DNA from: Nitrosopumilaceae archaeon
GTDB lineage: Archaea > Thermoproteota > Nitrososphaeria > Nitrososphaerales > Nitrosopumilaceae
Length of the DNA stretch: 64,000 bases
Direction: 5' to 3'
NCBI GenBank assembly: GCA_965200155.1
Contig: CBDATR010000010.1
Coordinates: forward strand, 476,265 to 540,264
In this document: in pieces, positions 41,296-51,961 of the stretch
Position numbering within the stretch: position 1 is the first letter of the stretch
Layout: every line of letters begins with the position of its first letter
The notes under the pieces: model-generated
The model's input: the letters and a program-made list of their open reading frames with translations, nothing else
Told to the model about the DNA's origin: nothing
Database searches by the model: none
Position numbers and translations under genes: made by a program

Positions 41296-42226
41296 TCTTG
41301 ACTGCAATGGTAATGATGCCTATTGCCACCAGCAGTGTTTGAATTGTACCAAAGAAAGGCTGCTCAAAAGCATCCAATACATTCCAGTCCCCTATGTGGG
41401 CCACAAAGTAGCCATATGCGTATAGAAAATAGTTGGTAGCCCAATGTATCATTATACTACACAATAATCCATATCTATAGTACACATATCCAAGTATGAT
41501 TCCGGCTACCGATGCCTGGGCCACCTTGTCTGCGCCCCAAGTATTTCCTGACAATACATGTGCCGCCCCGAATAATATACTAGACACAAGTATTATGGCG
41601 GTGATTTTTTTGGCATCATGAACATGCAGGTGTCTGGCCGGATGCCATAGAGCCTTGATCAAGAAGGATAGCGACATGCGATGGGTGTACAACAAAAATA
41701 CTGGTAAACCAACTAGGGCCGCCCTAAATATCGACTCCTCTATAATTGGAGATAGGGTAATCAGATAAAACTGGACTAGATCATTCTCAGCGCGAGGCGG
41801 CACCAAAGACAAATCCAGATACCCCTGTATCGTATCTATAACCGTGGATGCAAGGACTAGAACGCCAAACCATGCAATAGCTTTTATCATATAGTTGGAC
41901 CCTGCATCATTCCCGTATAGCGAATCCTTGAGTGATGACATTATGCTGCGCCTAGGACCCAAAATTGCCAATGAGAATAATATGACATAAATGCTCCATA
42001 CTATTACAAATGCGTCGCCCAGAGTTATGTTGGGAATGGGTATGGGTGGCACGCCCACCACATCTGTGAGGGACAATGGTATCTCGTGCGATATGTGCTC
42101 TCCAATGTTTGTATTGAATACCACATAGATGCCCAGGGGAAAAGAGACTAGCATCATGCCTAACACTATGGATATGAGGGCTGAGTGTGGTATGCCTAGC
42201 GCATGAATTATACTGGAATACTGCAA
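41264..42226 (-). CDS. CPBP (CAAX/Abi) intramembrane glutamic protease
   Basis: PIIEESIFR, FGAAH, IHWATN; multiple TM helices. Confidence 0.9.
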   Translation of the reverse strand: MQYSSIIHALGIPHSALISIVLGMMLVSFPLGIYVVFNTNIGEHISHEIPLSLTDVVGVPPIPIPNITLGDAFVIVWSIYVILFSLAILGPRRSIMSSLKDSLYGNDAGSNYMIKAIAWFGVLVLASTVIDTIQGYLDLSLVPPRAENDLVQFYLITLSPIIEESIFRAALVGLPVFLLYTHRMSLSFLIKALWHPARHLHVHDAKKITAIILVSSILFGAAHVLSGNTWGADKVAQASVAGIILGYVYYRYGLLCSIMIHWATNYFLYAYGYFVAHIGDWNVLDAFEQPFFGTIQTLLVAIGIITIAVKIMQKRIPAHS

Positions 42227-42228
42227 GC

Positions 42229-42537
42229 CTAGTGCAACTCTATACTATCCTCAGGAAAACCCATCTTTGTCAGTGTGTCCTTTATGGTGTCCCGATGATC
42301 CCCCTGCAGAAATATGTAGCCGTCCTTGGCGGTACCGCCACACGCGTACTTGCTCTTTAGGTCCTTGGTTACTATGTCTACATTATTTGACTTGGGTTCG
42401 ATTCCCTCTATCATGGTGCCCTTCTTCTTGAACCGTCGTGTCTCCAGCCGAATTATTATTTTGGCTCCGTCTCGTGCTAACTCCCCACAGGCACATAGAT
42501 CCTCTGGTAGTCCACACGTGTTACAGATAACCGCCAT
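42229..42537 (-). CDS. translation initiation factor aIF-1 (SUI1)
   Basis: CGLPEDLCAC, LKSKYACGGT, LQGDHR. Confidence 0.96.
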   Translation of the reverse strand: MAVICNTCGLPEDLCACGELARDGAKIIIRLETRRFKKKGTMIEGIEPKSNNVDIVTKDLKSKYACGGTAKDGYIFLQGDHRDTIKDTLTKMGFPEDSIELH

Positions 42538-42897
42538 TCGTTCATTCACTTAATCAAGTTCGTGTTATTAAGCCTTCTGAAATTGAACGGTTCCTTGCTG
42601 AATATTTTTGGTATATTGTAATTTACCAATATTTTGGCAAAATATTTCAATATATCTGCATAAAACTGCACTGCGTCCTGTGTGCCTGCACCGGCATGTG
42701 ATTATTGTGAGAATAATCTTGTAGAGTAAATTAATCACTATGGGGATGAGGTGGCCCATACCGAAGTGACTATTAGATGACAATCCCTCCCTACATTTCT
42801 CAATTATGTACGTTCTTTCGCGAGTTATTTTAGGTACAGCCTAATTCATACATCCGATAACCAGACTTTTTACACGTATCTGTGTAATGTGGTATAC

Positions 42898-43677
42898 TTA
42901 CTCTGCAGAGAGATCCCAGTAGTTGGCATCCGGTTGTTTTTCTGTCGGTTTTTCAAGATTCTTCCACTCCCGGAAGGATCTGACGTAGAGCTTGGTGTTG
43001 TCTATTCCCACAGATTTTAGCGCATAATACGCCAAGCCTGACAGTGTTCCCACACTTCCACAGTATGTAATGACGCGGGATTCCTCACCAATACTGCGAT
43101 TTGTAAGCATTCGTTTCATGCTGTCTGATTTGCGCAGTATGCTGGTGCCTGCGGATAGGGCTCGATAAGGTATGTTTATGGCTCCGGGAATGTGTTGCTC
43201 CAGAAAGTTTAGTCGTTCCCTATTGTCCACTAATATGGTTTCAGCACTACGTGATTCCAGGTCCTGTGCCGTTGCCATGATGCCCGGGTTGAGTGCTACA
43301 TCATATATCTTGGAATTGTGTTCTGGGGCTTTGTCATCTATCTCCAACTCCATTCCTTTCCAGTTTTGGTACGTGGTTTCCAGCAATGTGACATCCTTGT
43401 GCCCAATATACTCTAGTGTCCACGCAACCCTGGATGCTAGCGCCCCAAAGGTGTCGTCATAAATCACAACTGGCGTATCTGACTCAATCCCAATACTTCC
43501 TGCCAATTTGGCCACAATATTGGGCGAGTCGTCATCCAACAATGTTCTAAGTGGTATGTTGGATGCAGTGGGTATGTGGCCTTGCTTGTATTCCTCAGGT
43601 TTTCTAACATCTATAACGCGAATACTATTGTCATTTATGTATGATCTTGCGGTATCTACATCTGTTGTGACCTTCAT
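42898..43677 (-). CDS. tandem-domain rhodanese/thiosulfate sulfurtransferase
   Basis: DVR..EY..GHIP, HIPGA, YCGSVG. Confidence 0.92.
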   Translation of the reverse strand: MKVTTDVDTARSYINDNSIRVIDVRKPEEYKQGHIPTASNIPLRTLLDDDSPNIVAKLAGSIGIESDTPVVIYDDTFGALASRVAWTLEYIGHKDVTLLETTYQNWKGMELEIDDKAPEHNSKIYDVALNPGIMATAQDLESRSAETILVDNRERLNFLEQHIPGAINIPYRALSAGTSILRKSDSMKRMLTNRSIGEESRVITYCGSVGTLSGLAYYALKSVGIDNTKLYVRSFREWKNLEKPTEKQPDANYWDLSAE

Positions 43678-43815
43678 TACAATCGCTCTCTTGTCATGCC
43701 GGGATCACGCGCCGATGGCAGGGGCACTGGTATTGTCCGTACTAATGTAGAGTCTGTCAATGTCATAAGAGAGCGTCATTGGAGTCCCATATTATACTTA
43801 TCAAGGTATTGCGCT

Positions 43816-43957
43816 GTAACCGTTTAGGTCGCGTTAAAGATCAACACCTAGACGGTAAATTCATAGCCATATGTGAGACACCATGATAGACAAAGCAAGA
43901 ACGTACATGTTAGCGATGTATTTTGAACAGTTGTCCAAGGGTGACCTAAACGGTTAC
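43816..43957. mobile_element. IS66-type 142-bp MITE
   Basis: IR GTAACCGTTTAGGTC; flanked by direct repeat TATTGCGCT. Confidence 0.9.
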
Positions 43958-44022
43958 TATTGCGCTCAATTATTGCCCGCCACAGAGCATGAAAATGCGT
44001 GACGCAGTACGCGTGGACTGAC

Positions 44023-44114
44023 GTATGTGTTCACGTCTTCCGGAATCTTGTGCACAAATCACATTAACTGTCGCGATCAGTTGTGCGTAAATTTAGACGC
44101 AGGTGAACTCATAC
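44023..44114. mobile_element. 92-bp MITE
   Basis: TSD GGACTGAC, abutting a stop codon. Confidence 0.96.
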
Positions 44115-44121
44115 GGACTGA

Positions 44122-44439
44122 CTATTCACTGGATTCCTTTCCAAGTGAATCCTGTAGGCTGGTTACGGCCCAGCGCAAGTATTCCATATCATCCTGTGTG
44201 ATGGTGCCATCCCACTTCTCCAGTATTATCCGGCTGGCTTCTGCAACATAGTTTAGCATTCTCCAGTAAGGATGGTGCTCTGCAGCAGTATGGGCCAATT
44301 CCTCAATGTCCGTGAGGCCATGCCTAGCCAGATCTAGGGGCGTGGTACCCTGTCCGAACACCTTGAGTATGCCTGCCTCCTGTATGTGCTGATACCTAAG
44401 TCCTGATTGTTCCGCACTTTTGCAAATATCCTCAAGCAT
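44122..44439 (-). CDS. hypothetical protein
   Basis: 105-aa ORF, HHPYW motif. Confidence 0.7.
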   Translation of the reverse strand: MLEDICKSAEQSGLRYQHIQEAGILKVFGQGTTPLDLARHGLTDIEELAHTAAEHHPYWRMLNYVAEASRIILEKWDGTITQDDMEYLRWAVTSLQDSLGKESSE

Positions 44440-44580
44440 TAGTGGACTAGTACCACATAATCTAAATATATTATGCCCTGAGGCGATTATGATAGCTCAT
44501 ATCACAGGTAACCGTTTAGCTCGTAGCCAGGATTGCATGAATTTGTCCCGGATACAAACGTGGCACTACCCGCCGACCCT

Positions 44581-45719
44581 TGTAATGTATGAAAAGTCGG
44601 TCCGCTAGTCATTGGTATCTCGCTCCATCCATTTTACGTATGAGTTCACCTGTGTCTAAATTTACGCATAACTGATCGCGACAGTTAATGTGATTTGTGC
44701 ATAAGATTCCGGAAGACGTGAACTCATACCATTTTACATCATTTGCCCTAATTGTCTGGGTCGCCTTTTTATTCCTGAAGCGGCGTTTCGCCGTTATCTA
44801 TATCCAGTGAGAAGTGCAATCTTCTCTCATTGTAGTAGTCGATATAATCCCGGAGACTGTCATAATGCCATATCTCGTCCTCAATCGTTCTGTAAAAGCG
44901 CTCCAGTTTGCCATTTGTCTGCGGGTGGTATGGTCTGGAATTGATTAGTATGATGTCTTGATTCAGCAGTTCTTCCTAGAATAGTGGGTTTCCAGTTCTT
45001 TTTGCCCTTTTATTGTCCTACGAAACACGCGCCGTTATCCGAGATGCAGGGGCGCCGAATTGTTTCATTGCCAGTCTCAGTAATAGAGCGGCGTTCTCTG
45101 AGGTTGCATGCTAGAATAGTGCCACTCCGACTATACACCTGGATACATCATCTATGAGATTCAGTCCCCTGAAGCGCTCATCTTTCATGACATGCCAGTG
45201 CCACATTGCATTGGAATATTTACGCTCATAGCGTACCCACTCTGACTTTGCAGGTGATGATCCGTATGAGTTCACGTCTTCCGGAATCTTGTGCACAAAT
45301 CACATTAACTGTCGCGATCAGTTATGCGTAAATTTAGACGCAGGTGAACTCATACGATGATCCTGCCGTACCGTTCTTTTTCATTATGCGATATACTGCG
45401 CGATATATTGTAATTCTGTCTAAGCCTCTTTGCAATACGTACTACTCCGGCGGGATACTTGCTGTATGCTTCAGTTACCATTCGTATCTGGGTAGCGGTG
45501 ATTGGTATTATGGGCCTGCCCATCTTTACTCGAGTCGTTCCCGTTCTCTGGTTCACAATCTTCGTACGTGCCTTGTTTCAGGTCTTGAGATATTTTAGTT
45601 GTGGCAACGCCTCTTTTGTCTTGATTCCTCTGTTATTCTCTTTACCATCTGGCTTGTGCAATGAAATAGTCAGCTACTGTACGCTGGATCCTAAGCGGAC
45701 TTACTTTTCGTACTATTGA
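44581..45719 (-). mobile_element. IS481-A defective copy with 15-bp TSD, containing two MITEs
   Basis: TSD CTACCCGCCGACCCT; MITEs at 44638-44729 (TSD CATTTTAC) and 45264-45355 (TSD GATGATCC). Confidence 0.95.
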
Positions 45720-45751
45720 CTACCCGCCGACCCTAAAGAAATTTAAATACC

Positions 45752-46297
45752 ATGCCGGATATTGATAACATGAGTACCGAACCCAGTGATGTCATGGTTC
45801 TAGGAGCCATACGCCAGGGCAAGAAAAATTTTAACGCTATAAAGAAGACTACCAAACTTAATCCAGCAGAACTGGAAGGTATACTGTCCCGCCTTGAACA
45901 TGATGGCCACATAATGGTGGTGCGCAAGAAGGGTTGGCTCGGTCAAAAGATAGAGATCATAATAACTGATAAAGGGTCCAACGAGCTAGATAACCGTCTC
46001 TACGAGGTCAGACAAAAGTGGAATCAGATGCAGGCATTGTACCAAAAGAAGGACAAGCGCGGCCTCAAAGACATGTTTGATGATAACCGTTCTTTCCTGC
46101 CCATGATGTTATTCTTTGGTATTATGGACATTATGATGTTTAGTATGATGTTTAACATGATGGGTATGGCCATGAGCGATTATGTTCCTGCAGAGAGCAT
46201 GCCTGATGGATATGATGACCCTGGTGCCGACGCCGGTGGAGACGGTATGGATCCTGGTATTGATGGTGGCGGCTTTGACATGGACTTTGGTTTCTGA
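45752..46297 (+). CDS. winged-helix protein with Met-rich and acidic Gly/Asp tail
   Basis: wHTH N-terminus (LSRLEHDGHI...ITDKG). Confidence 0.75.
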   Translation: MPDIDNMSTEPSDVMVLGAIRQGKKNFNAIKKTTKLNPAELEGILSRLEHDGHIMVVRKKGWLGQKIEIIITDKGSNELDNRLYEVRQKWNQMQALYQKKDKRGLKDMFDDNRSFLPMMLFFGIMDIMMFSMMFNMMGMAMSDYVPAESMPDGYDDPGADAGGDGMDPGIDGGGFDMDFGF

Positions 46298-47065
46298 ATG
46301 ATAACTGCCGAGGAGGCATCACGACTACCAATAATGTTGCACCACTTGCATACTTTAGGTAAGCATAACGTATATCATGACACACTTTCCTCAACCCAGG
46401 ACAAGCTAGTGGAGTGCGCCAGTACCGTCCCCGACGGAACAGTAATGATAGCTCATAGGCAAACCCGTGGTCGCGGACGCATGGGCCGCAAATGGGTTTC
46501 CCCTCCTGGCACGCTGGTATTCTCTGTGGTCATGCGACCCGCGTTGCCGCCACCCATAGTTGGAACACTTATGCTGGCTGCCTCTGTATCCCTTCATGAA
46601 TCTATACGACAATACGTGCCTCATGCAAGCCTGAAGTGGCCTAATGATATCATTATCGATAACCTCAAAGTGGCCGGAACATTGCTGGATGTTTCTATCA
46701 CGGACAAGGTGCAGTGGGTAGTAGTCGGTGTTGGCATTAACATCTCTAATGAGCCAAGTGCAGTCGCGGAAGAGCTGCAATCTGACGCTACATTCGGCGG
46801 TACCACCAATGTGGCGATGTACAATCGTAGCGTATCCGGCCTTGGTGTGTTATCTTCCTTCTTGACCGAAATGGATCTCCACTACACCGAGATAAACCGT
46901 GGTAATTACGCGCAGATACCATCTGTATATGAGAAGAGGTGTTCCACCATTGGGCGTGTGGGACGCTTCCAAAACGCGGAAGGCACGGCGAAGGGTGTGG
47001 GCCCTGATGGATCATTATTGGTACAATCTTCGGACGGTCTGCAACACATCACCTTGTGTCATTAG
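46298..47065 (+). CDS. birA: biotin-protein ligase
   Basis: QTRGRGRMGRKW, KWPND, KVAG, GVGIN. Confidence 0.95.
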   Translation: MITAEEASRLPIMLHHLHTLGKHNVYHDTLSSTQDKLVECASTVPDGTVMIAHRQTRGRGRMGRKWVSPPGTLVFSVVMRPALPPPIVGTLMLAASVSLHESIRQYVPHASLKWPNDIIIDNLKVAGTLLDVSITDKVQWVVVGVGINISNEPSAVAEELQSDATFGGTTNVAMYNRSVSGLGVLSSFLTEMDLHYTEINRGNYAQIPSVYEKRCSTIGRVGRFQNAEGTAKGVGPDGSLLVQSSDGLQHITLCH

Positions 47066-47334
47066 CCATTTGCGTATTGCTTCATAATGCTTGTTATTTC
47101 CTGCTGAATGTGAAGCGTCATATTGATGGCATCCTCTAATATGTCTGCATATTCAGCGTAAGCGTCTATCACTTGGGACTGTGCACGGTTGACGCTCTCT
47201 AGATGATCGCATCTTCGTATTGCGTTGCCCTGCAAAGTGAACTCTTCTACACTCTCTGGCCCCTCGCCCATATCTTCTATCTGGTCTCTCATCTCCTGTA
47301 TTCTCTTTTTCAGTTGCGTTATGCTATCTTCCAT
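47062..47334 (-). CDS. hypothetical coiled-coil protein
   Basis: 90-aa helical ORF. Confidence 0.65.
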   Translation of the reverse strand: MEDSITQLKKRIQEMRDQIEDMGEGPESVEEFTLQGNAIRRCDHLESVNRAQSQVIDAYAEYADILEDAINMTLHIQQEITSIMKQYANG

Positions 47335-47432
47335 GTGTCCAATACATTCTCATTTCGATTAAACCTTATTACCCCTTTTCACCATGGTAATTGGTATAAA
47401 AATATTAAAAGCATGAAGCTGTCCTTTAATAC

Positions 47433-48356
47433 ATGATCGACTCAACGGTTGCAGATACTCGCTGTCCATCGTGTACAAGAAAGCAGATAGTGACTGATGA
47501 TTCCACTGGCGAGATGTTCTGTGGATTTTGTGGGTATGTTATGACTGAAAAGGTGGAAGATACAAGGGCCGAGTGGAGATCCTTCTCCAACGAACAAGGG
47601 AATAGGGCCCGGGCAGGCGCGGCTACCTCCATAGCAATGCATGATATGGGTCTGTCTACAATAATAGATGCCAGCAACAAAGACTCTACCGGCAAGCCAC
47701 TCTCCGCAAACATGAAAAGTTCCATAGAGCGGCTACGTACTTGGGATAGCCGTACTCAGGCTTCAAGCTCTGCAGATCGTAACTTGCGGCAAGCCCTGAA
47801 CGAGATGGACAAACTAAAGGGAAAGATGGGACTTACCGATGCGGTAGTGGAAAAGGCCGCGTACATATACAGAAAGGCAATGGAGAAGAAATTAGTTCGG
47901 GGTCGCTCTATACAGGGCTTGGTGGCCGCGTGTTTATACGCCTCCTGCCGCAACACTGAGACACCGCGTACGCTAGATGATATCTCCCAGAGCATAAACA
48001 TACGTCGCAAGGATGTGGCGCGTTGCTATCGTTTGATATTTCGAGAACTGGAGCTAAAGATGCCAGTGGTAGATCCCGTCAAGGGGGTTGCCCGTATTGC
48101 AAGTGAGGCTGATCTAAAGGAGAAGACAAAAAGGCGTGCAATTGTAATACTAAACAAAGCCAAAGAGGTTGGTTTGGTTGCTGGCAAAGATCCCATGGGC
48201 ATAGCTGCAGCCGCACTATACCTGTCCTGTCTTGAGACCGGCGAGCTCAAATCCCAGAAAGACATATCCAATGCGTCCGGTGTAACCGAGGTGACAATCC
48301 GTAATAGATGTGCGGGATTGCGGGATATGCTAAAATCAACCCCTGAAATGGGTTAG
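47433..48356 (+). CDS. tfb: transcription initiation factor IIB
   Basis: Zn ribbon, EWRSF, HDMGLST, GKDPMG, GVTEVTIRNR. Confidence 0.98.
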   Translation: MIDSTVADTRCPSCTRKQIVTDDSTGEMFCGFCGYVMTEKVEDTRAEWRSFSNEQGNRARAGAATSIAMHDMGLSTIIDASNKDSTGKPLSANMKSSIERLRTWDSRTQASSSADRNLRQALNEMDKLKGKMGLTDAVVEKAAYIYRKAMEKKLVRGRSIQGLVAACLYASCRNTETPRTLDDISQSINIRRKDVARCYRLIFRELELKMPVVDPVKGVARIASEADLKEKTKRRAIVILNKAKEVGLVAGKDPMGIAAAALYLSCLETGELKSQKDISNASGVTEVTIRNRCAGLRDMLKSTPEMG

Positions 48357-48443
48357 TTACGGTTTGTAGGATATGGTGCCACGGCACCGTTGTGGTTTAT
48401 TCCTGCGCATATGCCATATATCTCTGTTAATTCACATGATACC

Positions 48444-48572
48444 ATGAGTGTTCTGCGTGCCATATCCGGTGCCGCGATTTTTGTGGTGGCAGGATTGGTG
48501 GCGATTATTGTTGGCGCGTTCATGCTTCGCGGTAACATGCGCATGTGGGACAGACGTGATCGTAAGAAATAG
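48444..48572 (+). CDS. small single-TM protein (42 aa)
   Basis: Hydrophobic helix followed by basic tail. Confidence 0.55.
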   Translation: MSVLRAISGAAIFVVAGLVAIIVGAFMLRGNMRMWDRRDRKK

Positions 48573-48632
48573 GCATATTGGCGGTACTCGTTCCCCTATA
48601 GACTTAAACCTAATTTTGTATTCTTTATTGGC

Positions 48633-48749
48633 ATGGGCAAGATGCAATTCAGCTGTAGTATATGCGGCAAGTCTTTTGGACGGAATGTTATGGAACTTGG
48701 GCGGCACATGGGGAGCGTTCACGACAAGACACGGCAAAGCGTTGAATAG
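48633..48749 (+). CDS. C2H2 zinc-finger microprotein (38 aa; not in ORF track)
   Basis: MGKMQFSCSICGKSFGRNVMELGRHMGSVHDK. Confidence 0.8.
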   Translation: MGKMQFSCSICGKSFGRNVMELGRHMGSVHDKTRQSVE

Positions 48750-48771
48750 TGTATTGTTATTACACGTAATA

Positions 48772-48870
48772 ATGACACGTACAAAGAAGATAGCTATATG
48801 GGCCGTAATTCTGGGTGGCGGACTAGCCTATTACATGGCATATGGTCATATAGCGGACCTGATGAGATGA
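48772..48870 (+). CDS. small membrane peptide (32 aa)
   Basis: MTRTKKIAIWAVILGGGLAYYMAYG. Confidence 0.55.
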   Translation: MTRTKKIAIWAVILGGGLAYYMAYGHIADLMR

Positions 48871-48874
48871 TGGC

Positions 48875-49318
48875 ATGATGATAACCCCCGAGATATCCAA
48901 ATTCATGGAAAACGAGCGGCTGGGCTTTGTGGCAACAGTTACACCTGATTGCAAACCAAACATCTCTCCCAAAGGGAGTGTAGTACAGTATGGCGAAGCC
49001 CAGATTGTCTTTGCCGATATACGTTCACCAAAGACAGTAAGTAATCTGGAATCCAACCCTGCTGTGGAGATTAATGTAGTTAACTCCATGACCCGACGCG
49101 GTTACCTATTCGTCGGAAAAGGTCATGTAGTAAGGTCCGGGCCGGAGTTTGATGGTGCGCTTGAACGCCTGCGTGACAAGGGAATCAAAAGCACAATCGA
49201 CACCATTGTAATTGTGGATGTGGAAGTTGCAGAGGAGATAAAGTCTCCGTTATATGATTTAGGGTACACAGAAGACCAGATAGAGAGAATGCAGAAAAAA
49301 CGTTATGGCTTGGAGTGA
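48875..49318 (+). CDS. pyridoxamine 5'-phosphate oxidase-like split-barrel protein
   Basis: FVATV.PD.KPNISPKG, KTVSNL..NP. Confidence 0.9.
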   Translation: MMITPEISKFMENERLGFVATVTPDCKPNISPKGSVVQYGEAQIVFADIRSPKTVSNLESNPAVEINVVNSMTRRGYLFVGKGHVVRSGPEFDGALERLRDKGIKSTIDTIVIVDVEVAEEIKSPLYDLGYTEDQIERMQKKRYGLE

Positions 49319-50196
49319 TCCTTGGCATCTCTTAGTGTCCTTTCTTTTTCAAGCTCCATCTCCTTGGCCGTCAATCTCTCCTGAACCTTTGCCAACTGTG
49401 CCTTGTAAGATGCTACAAGAGAGCTGGCCGCCTTTATGACTCCGCTATTTGCAGTATCGCTTGTCGCCTGTGGTCTTTCAGTCAGCCGCTTTTCTAGATC
49501 GTGAATAAGTTTCTTGTGCTCTTCTAGCTCTGAACGCAAGCCTTCGCGCTCAGTTATTGCCTCTGCCAGCTGCATCTTGGTATGGGCCAGTTCCGTGTTG
49601 AGGGCATCCTGTGCGTGTCTGTCTTTTGTATTCTTTTGTTCTACCTTGTTCTGCTCAAGTTTAAGAGATGCCAATACCTCGCGCTTTGACTCTATATCTG
49701 CGTCTATCCTCTCGATACTTGCTCTGCCCTGTTCTGTCTCCTTGTTGATGACCTGAATCTCGTCCTGCATTGCAGCAAGCCGCTTCTCTGCATCACTGAG
49801 TCGCCTCTCGACCGCCTTATACTCGGTTATTTTTGCCTTCAAGTCAGTGTCCGCCTGCCTGAGATCTGCAACGGTCTTCTCAGCCACAGTTCGGTCATGA
49901 TAGCTGTCTCGAAGAATCTCGCGGCTCTGCTCCACCTGCATCTGCAAGTTTACATTCTGCTGGGACAGCCTTTTCTGTTCCTCTTTTTTTTCATTTATCT
50001 CTTTTTTTATATTAATCAAGTTGGTTATTGTTGTGTTATATTCTGCCCGTATGGTCTTTAGCCTGGACTCCGCTTCCTGTATGTCTTCTTCGCACTCGCG
50101 CAACCTGTCCTGGAGATCCACTACCTCCTGTGGTGTTTGAATAGAATCATTATCTGTAATCTCTCTTTTTTTGGCAAACAGTCCCATGTCGCGCAC
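49303..50196 (-). CDS. long coiled-coil hypothetical protein
   Basis: Heptad-rich E/K/R/Q sequence. Confidence 0.8.
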   Translation of the reverse strand: MRDMGLFAKKREITDNDSIQTPQEVVDLQDRLRECEEDIQEAESRLKTIRAEYNTTITNLINIKKEINEKKEEQKRLSQQNVNLQMQVEQSREILRDSYHDRTVAEKTVADLRQADTDLKAKITEYKAVERRLSDAEKRLAAMQDEIQVINKETEQGRASIERIDADIESKREVLASLKLEQNKVEQKNTKDRHAQDALNTELAHTKMQLAEAITEREGLRSELEEHKKLIHDLEKRLTERPQATSDTANSGVIKAASSLVASYKAQLAKVQERLTAKEMELEKERTLRDAKDHSKP

Positions 50197-50385
50197 CTAT
50201 CCTTTTCTTACAAATCTCATGTAAAAGCCAATGCCACCTATGGCCAAACCGCCTACCAGTGACGCCATACCCATACCCTGATCCAGCGGGTAGATATTGG
50301 GTGCTACAAACAGGAGTAGCGCTCCTAGTATGACTAGCGCAAAACTGCCCCCGCGCCTTGATCTGTTATGTTCACTGTGAGCCAT
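50197..50385 (-). CDS. small two-TM membrane protein
   Basis: Two hydrophobic helices; in operon with lysS. Confidence 0.65.
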   Translation of the reverse strand: MAHSEHNRSRRGGSFALVILGALLLFVAPNIYPLDQGMGMASLVGGLAIGGIGFYMRFVRKG

Positions 50386-51961
50386 CGTTCCCGCCCCGGA
50401 CCAGTAATTCTGCCACCTTTAAATGTCCGATATCCGATATTAGGGGACCCAGTCTAGGCCCCCTTGTGGTACCAAGTATTATTTGGTATATTATTCCAAA
50501 AAAGTCACGCGGCTTGATGTTATGAGACTTGGCAACGGTATATACTGCCTGCTGGGGATCTATGCTTGTATCTCTCCGTAATGTATTTGAGAGATCATCC
50601 AGTGCCACACGTATGCTTGCCTCTATCTCTAGTGACGGCCGTACAATCTCGGTCTGCTCGTCTGCAAACCTGCTTGCCATCTCTATTAGGCTGTTCACAT
50701 GAGGGTTGGATTCTGATATTATCTTGTAGTCAACAAGTTTTTGTGTTATGTGGTGCAGGCGATTCTGCTTGAATATTTTTGATAGTTCCACCAGTAACAT
50801 ATAGTTCACATGCACATTTGGCTCATCCGGCGGGGACAGCAGATTCGCATATTCGTATAGCCCCCTGAGCTTGGACTCCCGCTCCTTGTTACCAAGACGG
50901 ACTCTCCCAAAGTAAATGTTCTCCAATTCGTTATACTCTTTCATCAGGGCGGGTACATCCTCCAGCCCCAGCTGTCTTGCGCCCTTTATTCTCTTGTATA
51001 ATAATAGTAATAGGGTCTGCGCAGTGCCCACCTTGAGCCAGTCTTGTGCAGTTACAACGTTTCCCAGCGACTTTGATATTTTCTTACCTCCACGATCCAG
51101 GAACATCTCGTACTTTATGTGGTGTGGAGGTGGCGCTCCCAATACCTTCTCGGCAATCCAGTCATTGACGTGCACTGAGTCCATAATGTCCTTTCCGTAT
51201 GCTTCAAAACGTACATCAAAGGCGTTCCATCGGGCCGCAAATTCTACCTTCCATGCCAGTTTTCCAAGATCAGTGCCAATGTGGGCGGTACCCTCGTGAC
51301 CGCAACCTGATATTACACGACCTCCTACCGTTACGTCATTACAGGTGTATGTCACGGACTGCGCTTTGGCATCGTAGTGTTGGGAATTGGTGGTGTATAT
51401 CTTCTCACATTTGGCACACACCGCGAAGTATGGTAGGGTGTGTACGTACTTTTCCTGGCCCACCGTGGTGTGTATGTACTCGCCTATAGTGCTGGCGTTT
51501 TCCAGTATGGTGTGAGTCTGTTTTGTCAGTAGACCGGCCTTGTACGTATCGTATGCCCTCTTGAACTTATAGTCTATGCCCAGCTTATCCAGACCATCCA
51601 GCAGTATGCTGCTCATGTGGGATCCGTACGAGTCATGGGAGCCAAAGGGATCAGGTATGAGTGATACAGGTTTGGCCATATGCTCCTCCAATGACTTTGG
51701 GAAACCTGTGGGCACTTTGCGCAATCCGTCCAGATCATCTGAGTATGCCACAAGTTCCGAGTTGTATCCCCTGTCTTCCAGCGCAAGCTTCACGCCATAG
51801 GATCGTACCGCATCGCCCAAGCTCCCTATGTGCGGGACCCCGGACGCGCCAAGACCGCTCTCTACTGTAATCATGTCCAAGCTTCTGCCCAAACTCTTCT
51901 CCCGTACGAGCAGTTCATCGGCCAGCTTGTCTATCCACGTACCCCTGCCTATGGTGTTCAT
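50372..51961 (-). CDS. lysS: class I lysyl-tRNA synthetase
   Basis: ASGVPHIGS, GKLAWKVE, KISKS, GPRLG. Confidence 0.97.
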   Translation of the reverse strand: MNTIGRGTWIDKLADELLVREKSLGRSLDMITVESGLGASGVPHIGSLGDAVRSYGVKLALEDRGYNSELVAYSDDLDGLRKVPTGFPKSLEEHMAKPVSLIPDPFGSHDSYGSHMSSILLDGLDKLGIDYKFKRAYDTYKAGLLTKQTHTILENASTIGEYIHTTVGQEKYVHTLPYFAVCAKCEKIYTTNSQHYDAKAQSVTYTCNDVTVGGRVISGCGHEGTAHIGTDLGKLAWKVEFAARWNAFDVRFEAYGKDIMDSVHVNDWIAEKVLGAPPPHHIKYEMFLDRGGKKISKSLGNVVTAQDWLKVGTAQTLLLLLYKRIKGARQLGLEDVPALMKEYNELENIYFGRVRLGNKERESKLRGLYEYANLLSPPDEPNVHVNYMLLVELSKIFKQNRLHHITQKLVDYKIISESNPHVNSLIEMASRFADEQTEIVRPSLEIEASIRVALDDLSNTLRRDTSIDPQQAVYTVAKSHNIKPRDFFGIIYQIILGTTRGPRLGPLISDIGHLKVAELLVRGGNDGSQ

